From Mustelus asterias (taxonomy: Eukaryota), in assembly GCF_964213995.1 (NCBI RefSeq), contig NC_135816.1, positions 38,130,001 to 38,194,000 of the forward strand: a DNA stretch of 64,000 bases, given 5' to 3'. The position numbers and the translations under genes were made by a program. Positions 38,776 to 51,190 of this stretch are shown piece by piece (position 1 is the stretch's first letter; every line of letters begins with the position of its first letter). The notes under the pieces are model-generated. The model was not told where the DNA came from. It worked only from the letters and a program-made list of their open reading frames with translations, and made no database searches.

Positions 38776-39289
38776 GTAGGCTGTGTGGTTTGCACTGAGC
38801 AATATCTTCTATCAATGTACCCCCTGCCAGTCAATACAACTGTTACAACGCTGTACAAAACACTGTCAATTACAATTCAGTTTTAATGTTTTACAACATT
38901 TCTGCTTTTGGTTATGGGGCGATGGTGGATTTATGTATTTTGTGTTCAGTTTATCATTCTCAATTGTGTTTCACTGGTTATCGTAGATGTTGTTAAATAC
39001 CGGAAGTATAGAAGAAAGTACGGCCATAGGGGTAAGACATGGACTCGCTTTGCTAGAGTTTGCTACATACAGTATCTGTTGTCTTCACTGAAAACAGTAA
39101 GAAGCCTCACAGGTTGTCCACATCATGGCTTCCCTGAAAAAAACAGAAGCAGAGTAATGGTCTCCATTAGGACCGTTGCTCTTTTTGGTATGTGGTTAGA
39201 ACCTGGAAAAATACGATGCATAGAGGGAGAGACACGTAACATTGAAGTAAAGAACAGTTCAGAAACAAGAAGGGCCAGGCGGTGGGTGA

Positions 39290-40400
39290 ATGCTAAGCTG
39301 TCTAATGTGGGATTAAAGTGCACGTACTTAAATGCATGCAGTGTGGTAAATAAGCTTTGGTGAACTACAGGTTTAAGTCAGTCACATGGATCGATGGTAT
39401 AGTGACAAATAAGACTTATTGGCTATTGGGAACTTAATATTCCTGGCTATGAGGTATTCAGGAAAGATATGGAAGGGAAAAATAGGAGGGAGGGTGGCAG
39501 AATTGATCAACTAAATTACAACATTGGAAAGAGTGGAAGTAATTGCAGGGCTCCATAACCTAATGGTTAGAATTAAGGAACAATTGAGGATATATTACAA
39601 TAATGGGTGTATATTTTGTCACAAAATAGTGGGAAGAATATAGTGGAACAAATTTGCAGGCAAATTACAGAACAATATGAGAACTATAGAATAATAATGT
39701 GGGTGCCAATTATTCCAATATAGACTGGGATAGGAACAGTGGAAGGGCAAAGAATGGGAGAAAACCTTGATGAGTACATTTCTAACCCAAGCAGGAAGGA
39801 AGAATTGTTCAATCTAATTCTGGGGAAGAGCAGAAGTGAAACTGGTTTCAATGGGGCCCATTTGGGAACATTGATCAGAATATCATTTGGTTTAGAATAG
39901 TTATGGGAATGATAAGGAACACGTGTGAAAATATTTAAATGGAGATGGACTAATTTCAGCAAGTTGAAAAGTGTCACCAAATCCAGGTGTACTGGAATCA
40001 AACCTTGGTAGGCAAAGCAGGAATTGAACAGTGGCCGGCCTGCACTAGAGAAGATAGTTTGGGTACAGAATAGACACGCTCCCATGAGGGGAAGAGAAAG
40101 GCATCTAGAGCTGGAACTTCCTGGAGACTGAGGATGTAGACATTTACATGAAAGAGAAAAAGGTGATTTGTGACAAATACCTGTAAAAGGTTCATAATAC
40201 ATTAAAGAACCAAACTGAATACAAAATTATACTGAGAGATCTAAAAAAGAAACAAAGGGCAAAGAGAGTGCAGGGGAATAGATTAGTATAGTACTTAAAG
40301 AGGAACACAAAAATCATTCATAGACATATCAATAATAAAAAGCTAGTTAAAGGAAGGGCAGAGCCTTTTATGAACCAAAAGGGTGGTGATCTCCTTTTTT
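39290..40400 (+). mobile_element. Degraded CR1 endonuclease-region fragment (NME5 intron)
   Basis: LKCTYLNACSVVNK, LNIPGYEVFRKD and GGRVA motifs. Confidence 0.75.
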
Positions 40401-40994
40401 CTGTTGGAATAAAGGAACACCAAGAGGCAGAAGAAGTTGGCGGGAGAGGTTTATAGGCCTCGACACAGTGGTTGCAGTGTTGGGCAGAATATAAACCAAG
40501 AAATTAGAGGTGCATAGGATGTGGAATGGAGGAAAATGCGTAACTGTTGAAAGCTCAGCAGGACTTGAAGCGCGTCATAGAGAATAGTTGTTATTGTTAG
40601 AAGCAGTGAATGAATCCTTCATTATGATATAGATTGAAGGACATCTGTTTGCTCAAACTTTATTGGATTAGGCAAATAATTAGACTCAAACTATATCATT
40701 TTATTATCAGATGGAACGGGTTTTAATGACAGATTCATTTTTATTTGTTCCTCGTAGCATATCATCTGAGATGTGAAAGATCATTATTTTTGTTTACAAA
40801 AAAATGAGTTACGTTTGAAATCAAATGGAGTTAAGGAAAAAGGGGACAGTTTACACATTTTGCTGTTTACAAATCCATCTCAAATTCAAATTCTGCAAGA
40901 AGTATATCAGAGTGGGAAAATAAATCATATCTTTAGGTATTTTAAAAATGTGAATTCAAGTTTAATATTGATCTGAACTTTGTTCCCATTGCAG

Positions 40995-41200
40995 AGACGG
41001 AAAGTAGTTTTAAGCCCAGAGCTGTGCAGTGATATATATGCTGCACATTATGGAAAAATGTTCTTTCCCAGTTTAACAGCATTTATGAGTTCTGGACCAA
41101 CTGTTGCCATGATTATTGCCAGACATCAAGCTGTAGCATACTGGAGAGAGTTGATTGGACCTGCAGATAGTGTAAAAGCAAAAGAAACTCATCCAGGCAG
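40995..41200 (+). CDS. NME5: NME5 coding exon 2
   Basis: RRKVVLSPELCSDIYAAHYGKMFFPSLTAFMSSGPTVAMIIARHQAVAYWRELIGPADSVKAKETHPG. Confidence 0.97.
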
Positions 41201-41727
41201 GTGAGTGATCTTAGAAATGAGGATGTGTGGGTAAATCTATGTCCCATTATGGTGGCAACACCCTGTTAGGACATACTTTTATCTTTCACTATGGTGGAGT
41301 TGTGGGGTGAGTGGGGGTTGCAATTTTTTTATCCAACCTACTAGTCTGGGAAGTTAAATGGAAGGTTGATCTGATCCTGTCAATTTCTCACTGATATTGA
41401 GGTCATTAAGATTCTTTCTCTCTCCATCTGCTTCTGAAATCAGAGCACTACGTGGACTAAATGCAAACATCATGTCCTCCATTGATGCAGACTAGGTTTA
41501 GATGTTTTTATTGGCTAATCCTGTGAATTTTAAATTAAATCTTTTGTCATTAGGAGGGCGAAGCTTTATTAACAATTGAGTGGCTTCAATTAATTCTTTA
41601 ATAGGTAATATGCTTAATACATCTTATATTTAAAAATGATGTTGAGTGCTGCAGTTTTTACATTAAAAAATGCTAGTAAAATGTATATGATTTTTTGACT
41701 CACTTTATCAATGTCTGTCTGTTCCAG

Positions 41728-41828
41728 TTTAAGAGCACTATATGGGACAGATGAGCTTAGGAATGCTGTACATGGGAGTGAGACCACTTCTGCAGCAGAG
41801 AGGGAAATTCGGTTTATTTTTCCTGATG
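41728..41828 (+). CDS. NME5: NME5 coding exon 3
   Basis: SLRALYGTDELRNAVHGSETTSAAEREIRFIFPD, containing the NDPK NxxHGS motif. Confidence 0.97.
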
Positions 41829-42925
41829 GTAAGTCTTTAATCTATCAGGTTATAATTGTTTCCGATTTCCAATCCCAATTTCCTTTACTGCAAGTAAAGC
41901 TAAGGGGTTTAAAAATGGACAAGTTGGGCCAAAGGGCCTGTTACCATGCTGTAAACCTCTACGACTCTAAGTAATGGCAGGTGTAGTCCCATTTTATCTC
42001 TCCCCTTGTCTCCTCATGCCAAAGCAAGCAAAATTACCCGAGTGATTTCATTTGAATAAAATGTTATAAGAGAGCTGTGAAAACAAGCTCTGATTAAAGT
42101 ATTCAAAAACTGATGAAAGTTTCATTAAAAAAAACATGTGTATAGTTTCCTTGTAATAAGTAACTGCTGTTGTCCTTCAGAAAAATGCATGCTCAGGTTT
42201 CCTGGGTCTGTCACTCATATTGGTGTAAAATGGGTGAATGGTAGGACTATCTGTAATCTTGTGTGTAGCCTACAAACAGGAAGGAGAAGGACAGTGCTTT
42301 GGTCTTTCACTTCACTATTAAGTAACAACTTACATTTTAGTTTTCTGCTTATACTTACATCTTTTAAAAAGATAAGAAAGAAACAAACTTGAATCCACCA
42401 CAGGAAATAGTGCAAATAAACTAAACTGTAGATGATAAATGAGAATCGTTTGGGCCCGTAGGCTCTTAGAGCTCCAAAGTAGCACTCCCTAGCCTGCATG
42501 CAATTCTGGGGCAAATTACACTGACCAACATATTGGTGAGTGCATTAGTGTGCCTTCCCCACCAGTACTGTTTAAAGAGATTATAAACTATTTTCAGATA
42601 TGTTACAGGTTGATCTCTTCTCACTGTTGCTCTGATTCTACAAGTATTTGCTACCTTCTATATTGTTTAAAGTTGAAAAAGCCTAACAGGGAGTGGTATG
42701 ACTGGTGCAGAAGGAGTTTTTATTCATTTGAAGACTTCTGTATAGAGGTGCATTAGTAGACATTCCCCTTGGAATATAACACAACTTTGAGAATTCGCAG
42801 AGACCGTACAACACAGTACAAGCTGCTGGAAGAGGGAGGAGGTGGTAGGGAAAGACATCTGACAGGAACTGTATTTGCTGAGATTGTTCAGGGAGTGATT
42901 AATCTTGAACCTTTGTTCTCAAGGT

Positions 42926-43200
42926 GGGCGGCACGGTGACACAGTGGTCAGTACTGCTGCCTCACAGCGCCAGGGTCCCAGGTTCGATTCCCAGCTTGGG
43001 TCACTGGCTGTGTGGAGTTTGCATGTTCTCCCCGTGTCTGCGTGGGTTTCCTCTGGGTGCTCCAGTTTCCTCCCACAAACTGAAAGACGTGCTGGTTAGG
43101 TGCATTGACCTGAACAGGTGCCGGAATGTGGCGACCAGGGGAATTTCACAGTAACTTCACTGCAGTGTTAATGTAAACCTTACTTGTGACTAATAAATAC
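42926..43200 (+). mobile_element. V-SINE, alternative tail
   Basis: GGGCGGCACGGTGACACAGTGG head, V-domain, TTCACAGTAACTTCACTGCAGTGTTAATGTAA tail. Confidence 0.85.
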
Positions 43201-45157
43201 ACTTTTCAAGGGCAGGACTTCCCTTCTCTGAAGGATGAATGTCCCATTCTCAGCTTGTTGAAATGATCCCCTATGTATTCTTACTGCAGGGCAGTTCTTT
43301 TTAAAGTTGGCAAGCTGCTAGCTGACATGGATAGAGGATTGGTTAATTGATTGGAAGCAGGGAGTGGGCATAAATGGGGTATTTTCAAGTTGGCTGTGAC
43401 CAGTGGAGTGTCACATGGATCACTGCAGGGGTCTCAGCTATTTACAATCAATATTAATGACCTGGATGAGGAGACAGAGTAATGTATGTATGTTTGCCGA
43501 TGATACTAAGCTAGTTGGAAAGGTAAGCTGTGGGGAGGACACAGAGAGGCTTCAAAAAGATCTAGACAAGTTAAGTGAGTGGGCAACACAATGACACAAA
43601 TGTCAACAAATTTACACACAATCTCAAAGTTACATCTATATCAAACTATTACTGAAACAAAAACAAAGATAGAAAATTAACAATTTAAGTCAGATATAAT
43701 TAAATTAAAGAATGATTCCTTTAAAATAAAATTTGATCTTATACACAATATTAGAGATCTTAAGTGAACTGTATTGTAATTTAATTAAACCAAGTGATTG
43801 TGAAAAAAAAGATTTAGGTGGCGATCCTGCCAAAAAAATTCTAAGTGCCAAACAAGCATGAAAATGGGAGAGAATCGCACTCATATTTTGGGTGAGCACC
43901 ACATACTATCTTATGGCACTTAGAAGAAAAATAGATTCCAAATGTGATTCTCGCCAGTAGGCGGGAGTGAACGGAGTCTATTCACGCTGGGAAGCTGGAT
44001 GCAGACTGCCAGAGGGTGCTATTATGCATGTGCCCTGATCTCCCAGTGCACTGTGTACAAGATTACATGGTGCACTGGGAATCTGTCACTTTCCTCACCC
44101 CCACTCCCTCCGGACATCACCCTCCCAGTCCCCAATCATGGCCCTCCCTCAGTCAAATGCCCCCCCGCCCCCCCCGATTTCGCCCCCTTGGCCGATCCCC
44201 ACCCCTGTTTACCCCTCCCCCTCTCCGGCCGATCACCGCCCTGGCAAATCCCCAGCTCCCCATGCCCTGACTCTGCTTTAGGCTTCCCCCCCTCTTCTTT
44301 CAGGCCCCACGACTCTCCTTCCCCCCCCCCCCATCTTTCAGGCCCCACCACTCTCCTTAGGCCCAAGTGGCATTGCTCGCCCCTGCCCCCGACCACCTGG
44401 GGGCCTTCAATGGCCTCCGGTCCCACTGGACGATTGTGTCCCGGGCTCACTGATAACATTGAAATTGGCCAATAAATATTTGGGGCATGAAGCTGATTAA
44501 GCAAACCTGGTTTTGCGCCTCTCACGCAATCATACCAGCTTGTCATGATGATCGATCGGCGTGACAAGCTGGTAAGATCACCCCCTTAAATCTCAATTGC
44601 CTGTTTTCCTCCAATTGTTACTTGACTTCAAAGAATTACAATCCAGCTTGTTAATGGTAAGAATGCAGTTTTTTAATGGCACTACAAAGTGGACTGTCCT
44701 TTATGAAGCTGGCAGCGCTGTAACTTCAGCGAATGATTGCATGCTCACACATCAATTTCAGGTTAAAATCCTGATACTTGCAGAGCTAGCTGGGGTGGGG
44801 CTTGGTTAGGCTCGATAATTTAAACTACGCTCACGAGCACTCTTGGTAGAAATGTGTGTGTATTTTTTCTAAGTGAAAACAAGTTCTCGGCCTTGTTATG
44901 AGGCCTCCAACAGCCTCCTGCCCAACCTGCAATTAATTATGACTTGGGAACTTCATGACTTCACAAGAAGTAAGGGGAGAAAATAATTTTTAAAAAATTT
45001 ACACTGTTGTTGGAAGAATGAAAATTTAAAGAACTATATATTAGCTATAATTTATCTTTATTGCAAACATCATGTCTGCAAAAATAATAAACTGAAGAAA
45101 TTCTGTGGAGTCTCTTAATTTCACGAATGGGATCAAGCAAGTGGCAAACATTTTAAT

Positions 45158-45392
45158 ACCAAAAGAGAAAATGTTGGAAAATCTCAGCCGGTCTGGCAGC
45201 ATCTGTAAGGAGACAAAAGGGTTGACGTTTCAAGTCCAGATGACCCTTTATCAAAGCTGGGCAATGGGTCATCTGGACTCAAAACGTCAGCTCTTTTCTC
45301 TCCTTACAGATGCTGCCAGACCTGCTGAGATTTTCCAGCATTTTCTCTTTTGGTTTCAGATTCCAGCATCCGCAGTAATTTGCTTTTATTTG
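45158..45392. mobile_element. Palindromic end of a second PLE family (89-bp arms plus tail)
   Basis: Arms 45158-45246 and 45266-45354; tail to ~45392; TSD AAACATTTTAAT at 45146-45157 and 45394-45405; degenerate hammerhead GGGTCATCTGGACTyrAAACGTC at the centre. Confidence 0.8.
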
Positions 45393-45481
45393 AAAACATT
45401 TTAATGATTTTTTTTTAAGGAAACCTTATTCTGTATGAAAAAGAACATTGAGGTGAAATATTCATTATTCAATCTCCACAG

Positions 45482-45600
45482 CTACTGCTGACCCAATTCC
45501 ATCTGGACAGGATGCAGTAACATACCTGAGCAAATTTGTAAATCCTACATTGTTATCTGGACTGAGTGAACTCTGCAAACGGAAGCCCACAGACCCTATT
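45482..45600 (+). CDS. NME5: NME5 coding exon 4 (Dpy-30 motif)
   Basis: ATADPIPSGQDAVTYLSKFVNPTLLSGLSELCKRKPTDPI|GTAAGT; not in the ORF track. Confidence 0.95.
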
Positions 45601-47119
45601 GTAAGTACTCTTCAGTTAGTGAATCTTGTACATTTATGTATACCTTAAATGCTTATTAATTCACTCCTGCTTAGCTAGGATATTATTTTCTTTACTATTC
45701 TTAAAGAGGACAGAAGGAATAATTTTCAATAATTTGTGTCCTGCTGATGTCGAAGTTTTAACACTGGATTTTGTCACCACCGGAGGGTTTGCATTACTTT
45801 GATCTGTTTTAAGTATGCTTTGTAATATATTAAATTCCAGAATGGTTCTTTTACCTGCTATCTGATGCACTGGCAGTAACTCCACACAGTGCATTCCTGT
45901 TGTCAGCCATACAAATTTAGTGTCAAGTAAAGGGAGGGAAACTGTGTAGAGGATCACATTGCCAGCATCTCACACGCAGATCCTTGTAACATTACAAATG
46001 TATTGAAAGCTGCTTGTTATTCCTAAATGTCAGAGAATTGTGCATAGTGGAAGGAGGAAAAGGTATGTTATAATTGGCTTCAATTAATTAATTGGATTGG
46101 CCATGTAAATTGCCCCTTAGTGTCAGGGGGATTAGCTAGGGTAAATGGATGGGGTTATGGGGATAGGGCCGAGTGGGATTGTGGTCGGTGCAGACTCAAT
46201 GGGCTGAATGGCCTCCTTCTGCACTGTAGGATTCGATGAATTGGAAACTCAGTTCTGCTTGCTGTCCAGGGACCCATTTGGAAAGTATGTTGGTTTAATA
46301 GTTTTATACAGTTGCAATATGCAACCATTTGGTGTAATTTGGGTTTATTTTTATTGAAGCAAGCCATGCAAGTTATTTTGCATGCGAGACATTTGAGTAC
46401 TCAATAAAAAAATTGAATGCGCTTTATGTTGGAATTGATGTTTCTCTGTTTGGTTTATCATTTACACTCACTATTATATCTCGCTTGCCAGTGACTCTCT
46501 GCTGCTGTGAATATTCTTTTAAAAATCACTGCTGCATTGTCATAAATTTTGTGCAATTCTGTATCAATTTATGAACTAACTCCATCAGTTTAAGGATTTA
46601 TTCCCATGTCTTTATCGAACATATTCTGTAATGTACTGTAGGGAACATTTACATGAAAAAAGTACTGCTGTCCATCACTTAAGTGAATCTATTCTTAATT
46701 GTGCACTGTTCTTTTATCCCTGATGGAATGAAAGCCACCTCTCTAAACTGACTCTCTGCAAGGGCTGAAGTGAAATGTGATTGGGGCACTTTCATTTAAT
46801 TAACAGTTATATAGGTCTACAGCACCAAATTGACCACATTTACTATTAGGTAATCTAATGCTGGGAGGCCATTAGGATGGCTAGTACACAAAGTGCAGTA
46901 AGAGATGCTTTTCCAAGATGATATTAAATTAAGTAGAGGGAGATGTAGTCTGATCTAACCCAAAATGGGAAATCTCAATGCTAAAGCATGTGGAAATGGC
47001 TCCACTTTCTAGCACAGATGTGCATCATCTTAATGTCCATAAATAGTAACTATGTTTTAAAATGACTGAAATTAATGTACTCTTTTCGATGTCATTTTAT
47101 ATATTGTGTTCTCTTACAG

Positions 47120-47206
47120 ACCTGGCTTGCAAGTTGGCTGATTGCAAACAATCCTAACAAACCAAAAATTCGTGAAGATCTGATAAAAGAGCCAGAAAAC
47201 TTGTAA
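47120..47206 (+). CDS. NME5: NME5 coding exon 5 (stop)
   Basis: TWLASWLIANNPNKPKIREDLIKEPENL*; acceptor CTCTTACAG. Confidence 0.95.
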   Translation, partial: TWLASWLIANNPNKPKIREDLIKEPENL

Positions 47207-47664
47207 CTCTGACAACCATGGAGACCCTTACTTGTTGGAAAAGTGAAATCCAGCCACAAATTTCAGGAGATATGAACTACAACTGTAATTTAACCAATGT
47301 TAACAACTGGCTTTGAGTTTTAATACTTTCAACGTGCCTGAGGTTGGAATGAATGAATGGAATGAAATTGGAAATAGGGTTATGGGTTTTTTTTGTTGTC
47401 AAAGGATTGAAACAGTAGAAAAATACTGCTTTACCAAGCATTAATATCCATCAGCTTGCTGATCAAAAAAGACGAGTCATTATAATTTTTGTGTTAAATG
47501 TTGATGCTCCCATATTCTTTTTTTGGAAGGTTCAAGGGTTGGAAAGCTGATAACAATTAGGATGTTATGTGCTGGTCAGCTCAAGAGTTCCATGATACTT
47601 TACAAGCATCACCAGCTCTTTTACCAGTTCTCAGTTCCAGTACCTTCACTTCCTACTTGATGAC

Positions 47665-48370
47665 ATAGAATCATAGAAATTTACAGCACAGAAGATGGAC
47701 ATTCAGCCCACTGCGTCTGTGCTTGCTCTTTGTAGGATCAGTCATGCTTGTTCACACTTATCTGCTTTTTCCTGTGACACTGTAAGTTCCTTGTTTCCAA
47801 GTACATGCCCATTTTCCTTTAAAGCTATTGATGGGTTCAGCTTCCACGTTCCTTTTTCAGGTAGTGTTTTTCAGCTTCAAAAAACCAAGCCAAGTCATTT
47901 CCCTCCTCTCGGCTCTAAATCTTATTTCCAATAAATTTAATTCTGTGATGTCTACTTATTTACCCACTCTCCAAATGGAATATTTTCCCTATTTTCTTTA
48001 CCAGAACCTCTCATCATCTTGGAAACCACTATTCGGTCACCTCTTAACGTTTTCTGTTCCAAGGAGAATAGTCCTAACTTTTCCAACCTGTCTTCACAAC
48101 TTGATGAGTCTAGTTTGTACCCATTCCTATGCCTTTACTTCTTTCCTGAAATGTGGTACCCAGAAATGTCCAGTAATTTATAAAAGGTTGAACATGATCC
48201 CTTTGTTTTTATATTCCATTCCTCTATTCATAAACACAAGTGATGCACATGTTTTGTTGACCACCTTTTGTCATTCTTGCCCTGGTACCTTTAAGAATTT
48301 ATGTATATGCGCACAAAGGTTCCTCTGCTCATCTACACTTTTCAAAATGGTACCATATGATATTTATTTA
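47665..48370 (-). mobile_element. Degraded CR1 3' fragment
   Basis: CATAGAATCATAGAA tail and CR1 3'UTR; FMNRGMEYKNKGIMFNLL remnant. Confidence 0.75.
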
Positions 48371-49119
48371 AGATGATTTTTCAAGTGTTAATTTAATTCT
48401 CAGTGTGATGAACACAGCTTGTATATCAACTTATTATAATTCATTCCATGTTCTAATGATCCCTTGCTTCTTGGATCCCCTTCATACTTTTAGTACTAAC
48501 ACAAAAGTAATGCTTGCTTGTTGCCAATTCATCAACCAGTAAAAATATTTTTTTCCATATTTGAATTCTTCTGTTAGATTTCCCCCTTAATCATCCTTGC
48601 TCCAACTAACACATCAACACATTTTAAAGTTTTTCTCCAGAACTGTAACCTCACAAGGTTGGTATAATCTGACTGAGCATGCAACACATCCTTCTCCTAA
48701 CTCCCCAATATCCTTCCTATTCAAACTCCATGCAGTACTCTAACTGTGGCCTATCTCATATAGATCTATCAACACCTCCTTTCTTTTTTTCATCAATTAC
48801 TCCATATGTATAACACGTTTGCAATGACCTTTCTGTTTCTTTCATACATAGTCTTGCTTTTAACAAGCTGTACACTTGTTTTATCTTTTGGAACAATTTT
48901 TTGTTTCTGAAATCTATTTTAATCACAGTCTCCGCTCCATAATAGAAGAGTGGCGGTGGGGGGGATCTGTACCTGGTAGTTATCTGTTTTAAGTTCCAAT
49001 CTTTTTAATATTGATATCTTATATTCTTTCCTTTCCCCCCATAATGCTCTCCTCTGGTAATCCAGCAGCAGCCTAGCAAGAGTACAAAGGGCAAGGCTAT
49101 AGCATTTACAAGCATCTTT

Positions 49120-51190
49120 AGCCAGAAATGATGAGTGGATGATAGCTGCTAGACTAGGACTGCATCAGGTGGTGAGGGAACCAACAAGAGGGAAAAACAT
49201 ACTTGATCTGTGGAGACAAAGGCCTGTCTTCACATTGAGGATACCCTCCATCATGTTGTGTGGCACTACCACCCTACTAAATGGGATAGACTTCGAACAG
49301 ATCCAGCAACTCATGAGGCATTGTGGGCCATCAGCAGCAGCAGAATTGTACTCAACCACAATCTGTAACCTCATGGGCTGGCATATCTCCCACTCTACCG
49401 TTACTACCAAACCAGGGGATCAACCCTCGTTCAATGAAGTGTGCAGGAGGACATGCCAGGAGAAACACCAGGCATACCTAAAAAAGAGGTGTCGATTTGG
49501 CGAAGCTACTACTCTGGACTACTTGTGTGCCAAACAACACACGCAGCAAGTAATAGAGTTAAGCAATTCCACAACCAATGGATCAAATCTAAGCTCTGCT
49601 GTCCTGCCACATCTAGCAGTGAGTGGTGATGAACAATGAAACAATCACTAGAGTAGAGGTTCCACAAATGTCTCCATCTTCAATGATGGAGGGGCCCAGT
49701 ACATAAGTGTAAAAGATAAGGCTGAATCATTCACACAATCCTCACACAGTAGTACTGAGTGGATGATCTATTTCAGCCTCCTCCAGAGGTCCCCAGCATC
49801 ATAGGTGTCAGTCTTCAGTCCATTCTATTCATTCTCCATGATATCATGAAATGGCTGAAGGCATTGAATACTACAAAGGCAATAGGCCCTGACAATATTT
49901 TGGCAATAGTACTGAAAACTTGTGCTTCAGAACTTGCTGAGCCCGTAGTCAAGCTCTTCCTGTACAGTTACAACACTGCCATCTACCCGATCATGTGCTA
50001 AATTGCCCAGGTATATCCATGCATAAGAAACAGGACAAATCCAACGCAGCCAATTACCACCCCATCAGTCTACTCTTGATCATCAATAAAGTGATGGAAG
50101 CTGTCATCAACAGTGCTGTCAAGCAGCACTTACTCAGCAATACCCTGCTCACTGATGCTCAGTTTGGGTTCTGGCAGGGTCACTCAGCTCCTGACCTCAT
50201 TACAGCTTTGGTTCAATCATGGACAAAAGAGCTGAATACCAGAGATGAGGTGACATTGACCGTTCTTGACATCAAGGCAGCATTTGACCGAATGTGGCAT
50301 CAATGAGCCCTAGCAAAACTGGAGTCGCTGGGAATCAGGGGAAAATTGTTCGAGTCATACCTGGCACAAAGCAAGATGGTTGTGGTGGTTGGAAGTCAAA
50401 TCATCTCAGCTCCAGGACATCAGGCGTTCCTCAGCGTAGTGTTCTTGGCCCAAACATAGCTTTCCCTCCATCATAGGGCCAGAGGTGAGAAGTGTTGCTG
50501 ATGATTGTAGTGTTCAGTTCCATTCATAACTCCTCATATTGAACCAATCCTTGACAGCATGCAGCAAAACCAGGAAAACATTCAGGCTTAGGCTGATAAG
50601 CGGCAAGAAGCATTTGAACCATGCATATGCCAGGCAGGACATCTCCAACAAAAGGGAATCTAAACCTCCTCCCTTTAATATTCAATTACCATTGTCAAAT
50701 TCTCTATCATTAACATCCAGGGGGTTACCACTGACCAGAAACTTCCAGCCATATAAATACTGTGGCTACAAAGGTCAGATTTTGGGTATTCTGCAGTGAA
50801 GCTTTCACCTTTTGACTCTCAAACTCTTTCCACCAATTGCAAGGCAAGAGTTGGGAGTGTGATGGAATATTCTCTACTTGCTTAGATGAGTGCAACTTAA
50901 ACAATACTCATGAAGCTTGACACTATACAGGCCAAAGCAGCCTCCTTGATCAGCACTCATTCACCACCTTAAACATTCACTCCCTCCACCACTGGCACAC
51001 TGACAGCAGTGTGTACCATCTTAATGCATTGTAGCAACTCAACAAGGCTTCTTCAGTAGCACCTCCCAAACCTGTGACCTCTACCCCCTAGATGGACAAG
51101 GGAAATAGGTACATTTGAGGGCAATTAGGGATGCACAATAAATGCCGACCTTGCCAGAGACATCTATGATCCAGTGAATGAATGCGAAAA
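49120..51190 (+). mobile_element. CR1/L2-group LINE ORF2 remnant
   Basis: VREPTRGKNILDL, KAIGPDNI, ANYHPISLL, AQFGF, LDIKAAFDRMWH and GVPQRSVLGP. Confidence 0.9.

Noticed and set aside
43999-44567. Pro-rich and Gly-rich ORFs in an NME5 intron
   Set aside because: C-rich low-complexity interior of a probable repeat element.
47828-48376. 182-aa ORF (and similarly the 172-aa ORF at 39684-40202)
   Set aside because: Antisense frames of CR1 remnants.
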